Below are positions 1 to 12,045 of a DNA stretch of 49,545 nt, piece after piece (the first letter of the stretch is position 1; each line of letters opens with the position of its first letter). The stretch covers positions 78,332,879-78,382,423 of the forward strand of contig NC_068982.1 of the NCBI RefSeq assembly GCF_001194135.2, written 5' to 3'. The notes under the pieces were generated by a model. The model was given only the letters and a program-made list of their open reading frames with translations. It searched no databases and had not been told where the DNA came from. This DNA is from Octopus bimaculoides. Lineage: Eukaryota. The translations under genes and the position numbers were made by a program.

Positions 1-1
1 G

Positions 2-395
2 TGTACACCGCTTCCGTACATTAAATTTCTAGAAGAAACAACGGAACGCAGATTCTGAACAACATAACAATATTTATTTCCAGTGGAATTCAGTTCACGC
101 TTGGAGGGAATTCGGTAGCTCGTCGCCCTCGGTTACTGAGCCGCCTTCTGAATGATTTCCGTGGTTATTTGTGAAGCTCTGGTGCTGACATGTGAGAGTG
201 CTCTGTTGGACGTCTTGGCTCGACGGAGATCAGTCAACGAAGAGACTGAGAAAAGGCGCCAAAGCTGGGTGTCGAACTCTACGTATGCGTAAGAGACTCT
301 TCCTGTATTCCTTTCGGAACTAGTCCCTGCGCATGCGTGGATTAAACTCCGGACATTGAACATATAACAGTCGTCTGCTATAAGTTGTCACTACA
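2..395 (-). mobile_element. probable LTR (TGT...ACA termini), solo or 5' LTR
   Basis: Both ends read TGTA...TACA; minus-strand AATAAA near + 73-78; CpG-rich with GCGCATGCG at about 329. The TSD cannot be checked at the window edge. Confidence 0.4.
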
Positions 396-1095
396 AAGGG
401 AACAAATAGCATGATATCGAAGGCTGCAGGCAGCAAGCCCGCTACCCATGCAAGATTCCAAGAGTTCCAACAAAACTTGAGATACACACACACGTACACA
501 TATATTAATCGAAGTGTACAGTACAATATATCCATTATGGACGAAGATACCAATAGTGCCTGGGTGAAATTGTCAATGAAGCCACGTACATCAACAGAGG
601 AAGAAAGTTCGGTACGGTTGAGGTGAGGTTCGCCACTATAGAAGAGTCAACCAAGCATGCAACCAACATATTAAGAAATGAGAAAATAGCATTACTACCA
701 AGCTATAGAGGAAGAAGAAGAAGTGTGAAAATACGAATTCCCAGAGTTACACCAGATATTAAACCAGAGTGGTTGGTTGCAACAGTGCTGGCTGCAACCA
801 AGGAGGAGCCGGAATTGGGACCAGTGGCGAAAACAAAAGTGTGCAAATGGTGGGGATTTGGACTCGAAATTTGGCTTTTTGCCACATTCGAGGACATAGA
901 AAGAATTCCCTACCAGATAGAAGTGGAGGACGAGAAAACGTTAAATGTCGTAGTCGAGGGAAGAAAACCAAATTGTTATATATGCGGGGAGAGAGGTCAT
1001 ATGAAGACCAAATGCCCCCTATATGAGTTCACACAGCCACAGCAAGAGAAAGCACAAGCAGAGGAGGAAAAAATTGTAGACCACACTGAGGAAAT
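396..1095 (+). mobile_element. non-LTR retrotransposon ORF1 (gag-like, CCHC knuckle; L1/Tx1-like), frameshifted, truncated by gap
   Basis: CX2CX4HX4C (CYICGERGHMKTKC) at 974-1015 preceded by VVVEGRKP. Frame 2 is open from 557 (CLGEIVNEATYINRGRKFGTVEVRF) and the upstream part is in frame 3. Confidence 0.75.
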
Positions 1096-1608
1096 NNNNN
1101 NNNNNNNNNNNNNNNNNNNNNNNNNNNNNNNNNNNNNNNNNNNNNNNNNNNNNNNNNNNNNNNNNNNNNNNNNNNNNNNNNNNNNNNNNNNNNNNNNNNN
1201 NNNNNNNNNNNNNNNNNNNNNNNNNNNNNNNNNNNNNNNNNNNNNNNNNNNNNNNNNNNNNNNNNNNNNNNNNNNNNNNNNNNNNNNNNNNNNNNNNNNN
1301 NNNNNNNNNNNNNNNNNNNNNNNNNNNNNNNNNNNNNNNNNNNNNNNNNNNNNNNNNNNNNNNNNNNNNNNNNNNNNNNNNNNNNNNNNNNNNNNNNNNN
1401 NNNNNNNNNNNNNNNNNNNNNNNNNNNNNNNNNNNNNNNNNNNNNNNNNNNNNNNNNNNNNNNNNNNNNNNNNNNNNNNNNNNNNNNNNNNNNNNNNNNN
1501 NNNNNNNNNNNNNNNNNNNNNNNNNNNNNNNNNNNNNNNNNNNNNNNNNNNNNNNNNNNNNNNNNNNNNNNNNNNNNNNNNNNNNNNNNNNNNNNNNNNN
1601 NNNNNNNN
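1096..1608. other. assembly gap (N run); others at 6788-6797, 28912-28970, 34302-34311, 44606-44711
   Basis: Runs of N in the sequence. Confidence 1.
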
Positions 1609-1861
1609 CGAGTATTTCAATTTTTTGAGTTGCAAAACCGTTAAAATGTTTACATGACGTTGAACGAAAAAGTGAAAAACTGGATAAATGTAACCACCCG
1701 ACTTCGGGGATCGAGTGGACATTGCGCCTCATTTTTTTCATTCTTGCATATTATCATTTTATTTTAATTACCCCGATTTTATGTTTGCGTTTTGTACTGT
1801 CTTTATGTTTTGCGATGTCTTAAAAAATTCTTTGTATAGCCCTTTATGGATAATAAAGAAA

Positions 1862-2250
1862 TCGGTATTTCGTCTGTCGTTACGTTCTGAGTTCAAATTC
1901 CTCCGAGATCGACTTAGCCTTTCATCCTTTCAGGGTCGATAAATTAAGTACCAGTTACGTACTGAGGTCGATGTAATCGACTTAATACCTTTGTCTATCC
2001 TTGTTTGTCCACTCTATGTTTAGCTCCTTGTGGGCAATAAAAAAATAATGAAACGTTAGCACGCCGGGCGAAATGCTTAGCGGTATTTCGCCTGTCTTTA
2101 CTTTCTGAGTTCAAATTCCACCGAGGTCGACTTTGCCTTTCATCTTTTCGGGGTCGATAAATTAAGTACCAGCTGCGTACTGGAGTCGATCTAATCGACT
2201 GGTTCCCTCCCCAAAAATTTCAGGCCTTGTGCCTAGAGTAGAAAAGGATA
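1862..2250 (+). mobile_element. two tandem copies of SINE family A
   Basis: Shared core ttctgagttcaaattcc...gaggtcgact...gggtcgataaattaagtaccag. Further copies near 4490-4670, 22780-22985, 24410-24625 (+) and 18850-18960, 21310-21790, 25420-25630 (-). Confidence 0.8.
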
Positions 2251-2649
2251 AATGAATGACTTAAGAACACTGGTTACCTAATCATTTTCATTACCTGTGC
2301 ACCAAAAGCTGAAAGTCAGTACATCTCATGACTTCATCGGAGTCTTAGAGGTAGATAGAGCTAGCTAGCTAGATAGATAGATAGACAGACAGACAAAGAC
2401 AGACAGACAGATAGATAGATTGAGAGAGAAAGAGAAAGAGAGAAACAGACAGACAAAGACAGGCAGACGAGCAGAGAGAGAGTCAAAGACAGACAGATAG
2501 ACAGAGACAGAGTGAAATAGTTCTGGCTTCAATATTATGCCAGAAGGGCACCCTGTTGTACTTTTATTCTAAGCAATAGTTCGCCCCTCTTGTAATCTTG
2601 AAGCCAGGAAGGGAGACCACACACTGGTCACATGATGCGTCAGTTATTG

Positions 2650-3935
2650 AAAACACGTACAGGTGGACAATTTTTTCTTTTCTTTTGGACACCTGAAACA
2701 TTGTATTTCTGGAAAGTTATTTCGTGGAGTTACTTAGAGCAGTTAAGCAGGTACTTGTGAACTTCAAATTGACTGAAAGTAAGATGCTTGTTTCAGTTTT
2801 TACATATTTTGGTATAAATTACATGACATTATTTTTCGGACATAGCAGAATGCTTACTTTAGCATTTTTTATGAAAATTTTCGTGTTCAAAGGCAGCATG
2901 CAATAGTTCAATAAGTATTATCCTTGAAGAAACCTTCGGATGAAAAAGCATTCAAAGGAAATAAGTTCTTTATTTTGAAGGAAGAGAGATGGCCTAAGCT
3001 TGAGAAAAAAATAACTGTTGATTTGAACATTTCGAAGTCTACAGTGGAATATGTGTTAAAGAATGACTATAACCGGAAGAAAAGAGGAAAGAATATGTCG
3101 CTTGAGAAGAGAACTCAAAAGCAAATGAAGATGACTTAGTTCCGTGTACGGGTAGCTGGAGAAATGGTAATGATACAGAAGGTGGAGGACAAATGTGAAA
3201 TAGATGTAAATATTCGAACTGTTCAAAGAATGCTGAAAGAAATTGGATACAAGTATGGAAAGGTCAAGAAAATTCATTTAAGCAAAAAAACATGAGGCAA
3301 AATTGTTAACTACTTCTGTTGATTTTACCTAAGTAATTTTTACCGACGAAAAGTGATTTAAGTTCGATGGACCCAACGGCTGGTATTGTTGGTCAAGGAA
3401 AGGTGAACCAGTGATGCTGAATAAAAGTCAGATGGGCAGAGGTGGAGTAATAGTAGAGGGCATGGTCTTTTCAAGTGGATATTTTTGGTTAGAATGGCTG
3501 AAAGGAAGGCAGAACAGCCGAAGTTACATCCAGTTGTTACAAACGAGAGCCTTCCCCCGTTTTAAAGAAGAAATGAGGGATAATTTTATCTTCCAACAGC
3601 ATTCATGTGTAAAAAAAAACAATCAAAGAATGGATGCAAAACATGAACATAAGTCTACTGCAATGATTTCAACATAATTGAAAATATGTGAGAAATGTTG
3701 GCACAGCATATATACTATTGGAAATGGGTTTTAGGAGCCAAAGAAGACTTATAGAAACAAAAGATGTTGTAGTGAGCATGTTTGTCTGGTATAATGAACG
3801 AATAGTGCAAGTGAGCAAAAAGAAAGGCGAGTGTTTGGACTTCTGAAGTAGAGTGGTGCTGTCCGAAAAATATTGTGGCATGATTTTAATAAAATTTTCA
3901 CAAAATACTACTAAGATTTTTACATACGCCCAGAG
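2650..3935 (+). mobile_element. decayed Tc1-like DNA transposon
   Basis: Transposase remnants FTDEK*FKFDGPNGW (about 3340), GGVIV...NSRSYIQLL...FIFQQ, and NDFNIIENM*EMLAQHIY (the SPDLNxIENxW motif); many stops; TIRs not resolved. Confidence 0.75.
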
Positions 3936-6549
3936 TCGAATCACAGCAGGAATATTTTACTCTACAAATGTATTTATCGCGAAGCGTCAAGAAAATGTGT
4001 CGACCCCTTGTAGATTCACAAGAAACAGAGAGAGCGTGTCCAGGTGGATGTGTAATGGCAGCATACACGAACGATGTAATAAAAAGGAGTTGAGAATAAA
4101 CAAAAAGGGGGCTCGGAGAAATCAGTTGTAATGCGCAAGAGGGAAAACTGCGCTGGTAAGAACTTGTGATGAGTAGAAAGGATAACAGTTGGGTGAAGAA
4201 GTTCAAGTAATTTAAGAGTGTTTCTAGAATCTGTCCTAGTGGTCACGGAGAAAGGAGAACAATTAGAATTATTGAAGGAACTGTCTTTTTTTCACAAAAA
4301 TTTCTATCTTCTTTGACATATTGAAAATGGGAAAGATAAAGTAATTGATAATGTCGCAGAAGTTGCTATTCTTTGAAAAAGGAGGATACATCATCATATG
4401 GTTCATAAGTTGGTTAGATTCCTGTTATAAGATAAAAATTAAATGGTGATTTGCGTATTTATTCTTAATATGTTCCACTAGATTAAGGTGATGAGCTGGC
4501 AGAATACTTAGCAGTATTTTACCTGTCTTTATGTTCTGAGTTCAAATTCCGTCGAGGTCGACTTTGCCTTCCACTCTTTCGGGGTCGATAAAATAAGTGC
4601 CAGTTGATCACTGGGGTCGATACCCCCTCCACTGAAATTGCTGATCTTGTGTCAAAATTTGAAACCAATATGTTCCAGCAGATTCAAACTCAAAATATGC
4701 TGGTCGCTGTTATGCATTTCACAGGAAAATAGCTTCTCCCTTTTACGACGACAGTGTGTTCATAACAAATTCGGCTCATTGGTACAAGGATTTGGGGACT
4801 TGGTGATAATAGATGGTTCTGGAACATATAGTTGAGGATATTGATTGGATCGCCGTAAGGGCTGACCGCCATATTCGATGAAGTGTGACATTAAACAGAT
4901 GAACACGGTTGCTTTATTCAAGATGTGTTTGCTATGTTAAATAAATGTCGATCTTGTAGTTTAACAAAAGACGTTTCAACTGTGACCAACACAACTGTTT
5001 CACAGACATTGTACAGACGTTTTACACTACATATCATTCAATGTGTACTTCATTTTTTCGTATCTTTGAGACAGTGTATGTCGTAAAAAAAATAGATATA
5101 AAGGAGAAGTGGTGGGGAGAGGGGAAGTTGTGTGTGCGGAATAGAATTAAAAGCGAAACTGTGGCGGACAGTAACAGAGATAGAGAGAGAAAGAGAAAGA
5201 AAGAGAGAGTCGGTACCAAAGAGAGGGGGGAATAAAAGAAGCCGATAGAACAAAGGAAAGAGAGAGACAGACAGACAGCTGGATATTTATAGAGATGCAA
5301 AGAGACTGTATTAAAGAGAGAAGGAGGGGAGTAAGAAGAAAATTAAGTTAGCGTGTTTTCCTACATTTTCCGTATTTGTACAGACAATTCTTAAACCATT
5401 TTTCAAATTGTTGACAACAATTTCTACAAACAAATTATTTCTCCACGTCCATTCGACCATCCAGTTTCCGTTGTTTGACAATGCAAGTAATTTGTATTGC
5501 CAGGATAGGTTTCATCTTTCAGATTCTTGACATCAGTAATGGCACCCTCAGGAAGTTCTGTTCAATTGAAATGCAAACTTTTCAAGACAGCTGCACCACT
5601 TCGAAGAATTTATGTCAACGAATCTAAATGTTGATGCAATAATTTGGTGTAATATAAGACAGACGTACATAAGTTGGTGTAATATTAGACATATGAACAC
5701 ACGTTAGGGTGGATAGGGTTGCTTTATTCAAGATGTCTTAAATAAATGTCGATCTTGTAGCTTAAAAAAAGACGTTTCAACTATGACTAACATAACTTTT
5801 TCACAGACGTTTTACACCACATATTATTCAATGTGTACTTCCTTTTTTTAAGACGATAAGATATGATTTGGGGAATATTTGGCTGCTGTTTCTAGAGTAA
5901 AGTGTAAGAATCCCTCATTGGCCTGTGCTACTTTGTATGATGTGATATGAGAGAGGAGACTCAACCGTTCCATTTCCTCACCTACAATTCTGCTCACCCC
6001 ACTCACCGAGTTCTGAACTAGTCCTTCCTTCCCAGAACATCTACCCTCTGGAATTTCCTCCATACTCATGTCTTTCCCCACAAGTGTTAACTTACAAAGG
6101 TTTGGGAGGAACATAAATAACATCAGTCTTACCATTCAAGGAAAATTTGCAAAGGCCAGAGGCATTGACACTAACGGCAGTCCCATCAAAAATAAGATCC
6201 TGTCTCAACAGTCAGTCAAGTCATTTTTGTGCAAATAGCATAGAGTTTCTAATGATGGACGGAGGACTGTAAAGTAAGAACATCTCGTCATTGTAAGTAG
6301 AGAGAACACTACGCATAGTGCCAAATATTTAATCGACCTGCAGTACAGAGTTCGGTTCTTCTTGTGGCCTAAAGACGACAATGGTTAGCCACGGCAATAC
6401 ATAACACTTTCCTTGAATCCCTACATCAAAATTGAATTGGTTATAAAATTATTTACCATTATGATGTGACATAGTGTTATGGCCAGTATAGAAGGGAGTT
6501 GTCTGTGAAAATTGACAAAAAAAAAAGTGGTAGGATGGGAGATAAATTG

Positions 6550-6551
<2 letters not shown>

Positions 6552-6587
<36 letters not shown>

Positions 6588-6596
6588 GAGAATGTA

Positions 6597-6632
<36 letters not shown>

Positions 6633-7148
6633 TGTGTGAATCCCTAAAACTCCAGAACTACACAACCAATTTCATTCAAATTTTACACATGCCTTACTTA
6701 GGGTCCCGGTTGTGTTTTAGTCAAAAATTTTTTTACCTTCTTGCATACTTCCAGCCCACAGCAACATCATATCTCCTCCACTATTTANNNNNNNNNNCAA
6801 AAGTGAAACAAAAACACTCATGTCATTTGAACCGGAATCTCAAAAACATTGTTATTATTAAATTTATGCATTTCTAATCAATTTGGAGATATTTGCTATC
6901 GAGTTGCAGATTTTTAACAATGCATTTGGTGATTATTTGCTTTATTTCTCGGGAAAAATTTACAACCTGCCAGCCCACGTAAGTCCAGTCTTACTTTGTT
7001 CTCCTTACTAACTCACCATGACATTCTTTTTTTCTACCAAGATCCGTCGCCCAAACACCACTTCGTATCCACTTCTTCCTCTTTTTTATGTCTTCGTTTC
7101 TCTCTTCGCGTCGTTCTCTGACCGGGTGAAACCGGGCTTAGCTACTAG
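6552..7148 (+). mobile_element. non-autonomous Helitron-like element
   Basis: 5' (TA)n-aaaattgagaatgtatgtc-(TG)n head; 3' CCGG-gtgaaa-CCGG hairpin at 7122-7135 followed by terminal CTAG|T at 7145-7149. Confidence 0.6.
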
Positions 7149-10142
7149 TGTTTGATAAAATTTCGATCGTTTCAAACTTTTTAAACTTGTTCACCGCCAT
7201 CATGAAGAGAGAAGAATTAATTATACGGAAGTAAATAAAACTATTCTAGTTCATGACGTGCATGCAGAATCCCGAAAATCCAAACAATATTGTATCTATT
7301 CATTCTTAATATGTTCTAGTAGATTCGAACATGAATATGTTGATTGCTTTTGCATTTCATCAATGGAGAACGTCTCATTTTAGACAGTATGTGGTCATAA
7401 CGTATGCAAGATTCACTAAAGCTAGAGGACTTTAAAACACCGAGGTGTTTCGACCTTATTGTGTATCCCTTCAGTCGAAGCTACTCCAACAGACCGACGA
7501 ATCTAACAAGAATGCAGGCTCTTGATTATAGAAATCAGCAAACAAAACATTTGTTGATCGATGCTGATGTCTTCCAAACAGATGGGGTCCAGTGAAAATA
7601 GTAAGTATCCAAGCAGTAACGTATCTATTCGTTCCCATTACTTTCGAATCTATCAGAGCTTACTGACAATCAATAGATACAAAACTATTTTGTTTTCTAA
7701 AGAGTGGGGGGAGGAAGAAGTGCACAAAATATTTTCATTAACATCGGGAGTTGGGTGATATTTCTCGGCTTATCATTTCTTGATGTAGTAGGATATTATA
7801 TTGGAGGATGGTACTATTACTGTTATTTAGCCCAAGGACGGCCCGGGTCAAGCAAAGTTAAGATCACAGGTATTCCAGTCGTCTTTTTTAAGTATGTAGG
7901 ATTGCAGTATTTAATTCGTCTTTTAAGTAGAAATATGATTAGCGAGAGATTTGGTTGTTATTTCTAACTGGCTGAGTGACCATGTAGAACATCTTCATTG
8001 GCTGGTTAAAATATAGCTGTATGATGTGATAACATAAACGAGTGTATACAACGGTATGTATGCGTTGTATGTGTGTTCCCTTATACAGAAGGTTTATGAT
8101 ATAGTGGATGTATCACATATATATGGGTCTGTACACAATGATATATGGGACGTGTGTATCTTAGTTCTGTTATACGAATATCCACATGATATAGTGGCTC
8201 TGGTTTACGTAGATATGTGGATATTTTGAAATGTAGATTATGGTATAAATGATTGGTGCCTTCCATGAATGATAACAATGTTAAAAAAAGAGGTTATCGA
8301 TATTTAAGCCGAGGTCAGCTTTAATTGAACAAATCTGTGGTCGTATGTGCATTCTTCTGATCAATTTCTGTGTCAACTGCTTAATTTGTACCGAGAAACG
8401 CTATCTAGATCCAACATGCTGACTTTTCCGTTTGCTTACAGTAGATCTCGGCCTCGACCTTATTTTTCTGTTGTTCTTATTGCTCTCAACCATGTCATCA
8501 ACTTTTCATTTACGATGAAGACAAGAGACCAACTTTTAAACGTTCTGTTCGGCTTTTCTTACCTCTGTCTCATTAAAGCTACTACTTAACTCCACAATAC
8601 AAGTATAGACAGAGTTCGTTTCAACAGTTTGCATTCTACTTTTGAATTGAACCACATCAAAGACAATAGAAAGTTTAACCTGGTTTAGATCTTCAACTGA
8701 TCTACCAAAACGCTGAGCCAAAGTGACCTACAATATTACATCACAATGAGCAGCAGCTAGAATCAGCGACTATCAAAGTAATTGACTACGACTGGCTCTC
8801 TGTCATTTACGAGACGAGGGTTCCAGTTAATCCGATCAACTAGCTCGTGAAACCTACGCACTAAGCGCTCCACAGGCATGCTTACCCTTAACGTAGTTCT
8901 CAGGGAGATACAGCGTGACAAGGTTGGCCCTTTCAAACCCGGGTTATACTCATTTTTGCCAGTTGAGTGAACTGGAGCAACGCGAAAGAAAGTGTCACGA
9001 TGTGCCGCCAGTAATAGAACTCACAAACTCACGATCGTGGACCGAATATCCTAGCCACTAATTTACACGCCTTCATTTCGTTAGTGGGAAACATTATCAA
9101 TGTTTAGCAAAACATTGTCAATGCTAATTATGTATTAAGACAATATTAACCCAATGGGAACTGTTTAATGATATAACTGAAGTTTAAGGTAGACTACTTA
9201 TCTTTTATCTTTAACTTGTTCCAGTCATTAGACTGTGGCCATACTGGGGCACGACCTTGAAGAAATTTTAATTGAATGAACTGGCCCCAGTACTGATTTT
9301 TTTAAAGCCTGGTGCTTATTCTGTTGGTCACTTTTGATAAGCTTCTAAGTTAAGGAGATAAGCACGTTAAAACCAGTTGTCAAGCAGTGGTGGGGGACAG
9401 ACAGACAGACACACACACACTACGGGCTTCTTCCAGTTTTTGTCTACCAAATCTTCTCACAAGGCTTTGGTTGACCTGGGGCTATAGTAGAAGACACTTG
9501 CCCAAGGTGCCAAGCAGTGGAACTGAACCTGGGACCATATGGTTGGGAAGCAAGCTTCTTACCACACAGCGATGCCTGTGCCTACTTAGGTCTTAGTTTG
9601 TCTAATAGAAGCCTTAAGTCACCACCATTATCATCATCATCGTCACTGTCACCCTTTTCTGTCTGCTTTGCATGCTGCTGTGTGTTGGATCTTGGGCACG
9701 ATCCAACAGGCAGGACTACACCATGCTCTTGGTATGGTTTCTACTGCTGGATGCCCTTCCTAATGCCAATTATTTTGCAGTGTTTTTTCCTTTCCATAGT
9801 GACTGAGAGAGTGGTGACTTTAGGTAAGATTCTGAGAAGTGAAAATATGACAGACGAACAGGTTTACTGTGAAGAGGAGAATAACAGAAACAGGGCCAGG
9901 AAAGGGAGTAATAGAAGAGAAATAGAGAGAGTAGCATTTGTGGGTTAGTGAGAGAGTGATAAGGAGTGCAGTGAAGTAGGAGATTCAGGGTTACCCCCTG
10001 TTGTATAGGGTGGGGCATCATCATTTAACATCTACTTTTCAGTGCTAGCATGAGTCAGACATAATTTTTTGAGGCAGATTTTCTGTTTGGATGTCCCTCC
10101 TACTCTAACCCTTGCCTCTTTCTAAACAAGGTAATATTTTCC

Positions 10143-10552
10143 ATGGTAAGATGTGGAATGAAGTGATGAGAAAGGATCTACAGACATTGAGACACATAGC
10201 AGAGATGACAGGAGACTGAGACTCCTGGTGGTTTGTTATGCTTGAAAAGACGTCAAACTAAGTAAAAGCATGGTTGCCCTTGCATACAAGTTCGTCCCCT
10301 GCAACCCTCTTCAGCTGAGCATCCCTAATCTTGCGGACTCGTAGGTGCTAGTGCCACATAAAATGCTCCCATGCTGATGCTGCATAAAAGTACCCAGTAC
10401 ACTCTGTAAAGTGGTTGGCATTAGGAAAGGCAGCCAGCTATATAAACCATGCCAAAACAGACAGAGCCTGAACAGCCCTTCAGCTGGTCAACTCCTGTCA
10501 AACCGTCCAACTCATACCAGCATAGAAAACGGATGTTAAATGATGATGATGA
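10143..10552 (+). mobile_element. RTE-clade LINE 3' end
   Basis: Decayed ORF2 C-terminus (W.EVMRKDLQTL), conserved 3'UTR and (GAT)n tail. Same family at 16676-17030, 19818-20200, 20840-21050, 43155-43330 (-) and 46645-47080 (+). Confidence 0.7.
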
Positions 10553-11428
10553 GGCATGGTTTCCACAGATGACAGGAAATGAACATCATTTGTATGACAG
10601 TGATGCTTCATTTATAACTATCAGATGATGCCAAGACATGGGAACACCCACATTATACACCCCTACACACTGAGCTTCTTTCAGTTTCTGCCAACCAAAT
10701 CCACTCAAAAGGCATTGAATGACCTGGGATTATTGTAGAAGACACTTACCTGAGATGCTACACAGTAGGACTGAACCTGAGACCATATGATCGGAAACCA
10801 AGCTCCTCAACCACACATTTTAAAATCAATCACCAAGATTAATTACAAGTCAAACAATTATTGACCAACAAATTCCTAATGATAGTAAAGCAGTCATCAT
10901 CATTTTAACACCTACTTTTCTATGTTTGCATGGGTCAGATGGAATTCACTAAACAGTGTTGGTCACTAATAGAAACTAAATAAAGACTATACTTAGACTT
11001 TTTATTTATTTTATCATCATTTTTATTGCCATATCTCTAGTGTTGAAGTCATAATAAAATACATCCAGTGAATTCTGTCAAGTGTGAGATCAAGAGGACC
11101 CTATAAATCAGTCGACAACAATCCCTACAGCAATGGTACCATGATAAAAAGCACTCAGTACATCCTGTAAAGTGGTTGGCATTAGGAAGAGCAGTCTGTC
11201 ATAGAAACCAGATCAAAAATTTAACATTAGCGAGATGAGGTCGTCCAACCTAGGGGGCAGTAACTCTGAATAGGAACCAATACAGATTACAATGACTCAA
11301 CTAACCCATGCCTGCATAAAAGGGTAACATAAATAAAATGATAGTGATGACACCATTAGAAAAGGATTGACTTGTAAGCTGGAACCAAATAAATCAACAA
11401 ACAAGATATAAATAACATTTTAAATAGT

Positions 11429-11439
11429 TTTATTTTATT
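11429..11439 (-). terminator. two overlapping AATAAA polyadenylation signals of the minus-strand gene
   Basis: First AATAAA hexamers I found downstream of the stop (+ strand tttattttatt); implies a 3'UTR of about 550 nt. Confidence 0.5.
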
Positions 11440-11958
11440 GCCACTTGGTTTCTTCTTGTATTTGTTATGATAAGGGATGATATATGTTTACATGTAATAT
11501 ATAAGTAACAGAATGAAGCAGTTTCTGTGGGGTAATACAGTTTTTATCTGTTGTGGAAATATGAATGAGAAGTAGAATAAGGAAAGGAGAGATTGGTATA
11601 AAAGAAAGAAGAATGAAGATAAAAAGGAGATAAGTATAAACAAATGATAGGTAAGTAGGTAGGTAGATAGATAGATGGATGGGTAGATAGATAGATAAAT
11701 AGATAGAGAGAGAGGAGGGAGAGAGAGGATGAAAGAGAAACTGAAAAAGAGAGAGGCAGACAGACAGGAAGTGCTCACATTACCAACACTGTTTACTCTC
11801 TTGCAAATGTAGTGCAATGACAACAGCCAGAAAAAAAACAAATAACAGGAATGGAAATTTCATTGAAGAATTTGGTAAATTCATTTGAAATTAAAGCAGG
11901 CAACAATTCTATTCCTTGGAAGAATATACCCAAAACTGTTTTCTTTATGGATAGTGCT

Positions 11959-12045
11959 CTAGAACACTCCAACAGGACGGTTCTGACCAAAATATTCCTC
12001 AAGGTATGCAACCCACTCTTTGACAGAAGCATCCGTTTTGGTAGG
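11959..12045 (-). CDS. terminal coding exon 12 (PTKTDASVKEWVAYLEEYFGQNRPVGVF*)
   Basis: ctcctttccattgcag acceptor, phase 0, TAG stop at 11959-11961. Confidence 0.88.
   Translation of the reverse strand, partial: PTKTDASVKEWVAYLEEYFGQNRPVGVF

Noticed and set aside
623-1741. Long ORFs of 344, 241 and 240 aa in the track
   Set aside because: Their length comes from reading through the 513-N gap; only 557-1095 on the plus strand is real coding-like sequence.
7400-8750. Possible decayed coding sequence of a retroelement
   Set aside because: I could not recover a diagnostic RT or endonuclease motif by eye; a translated search against Dfam/Repbase would be needed.
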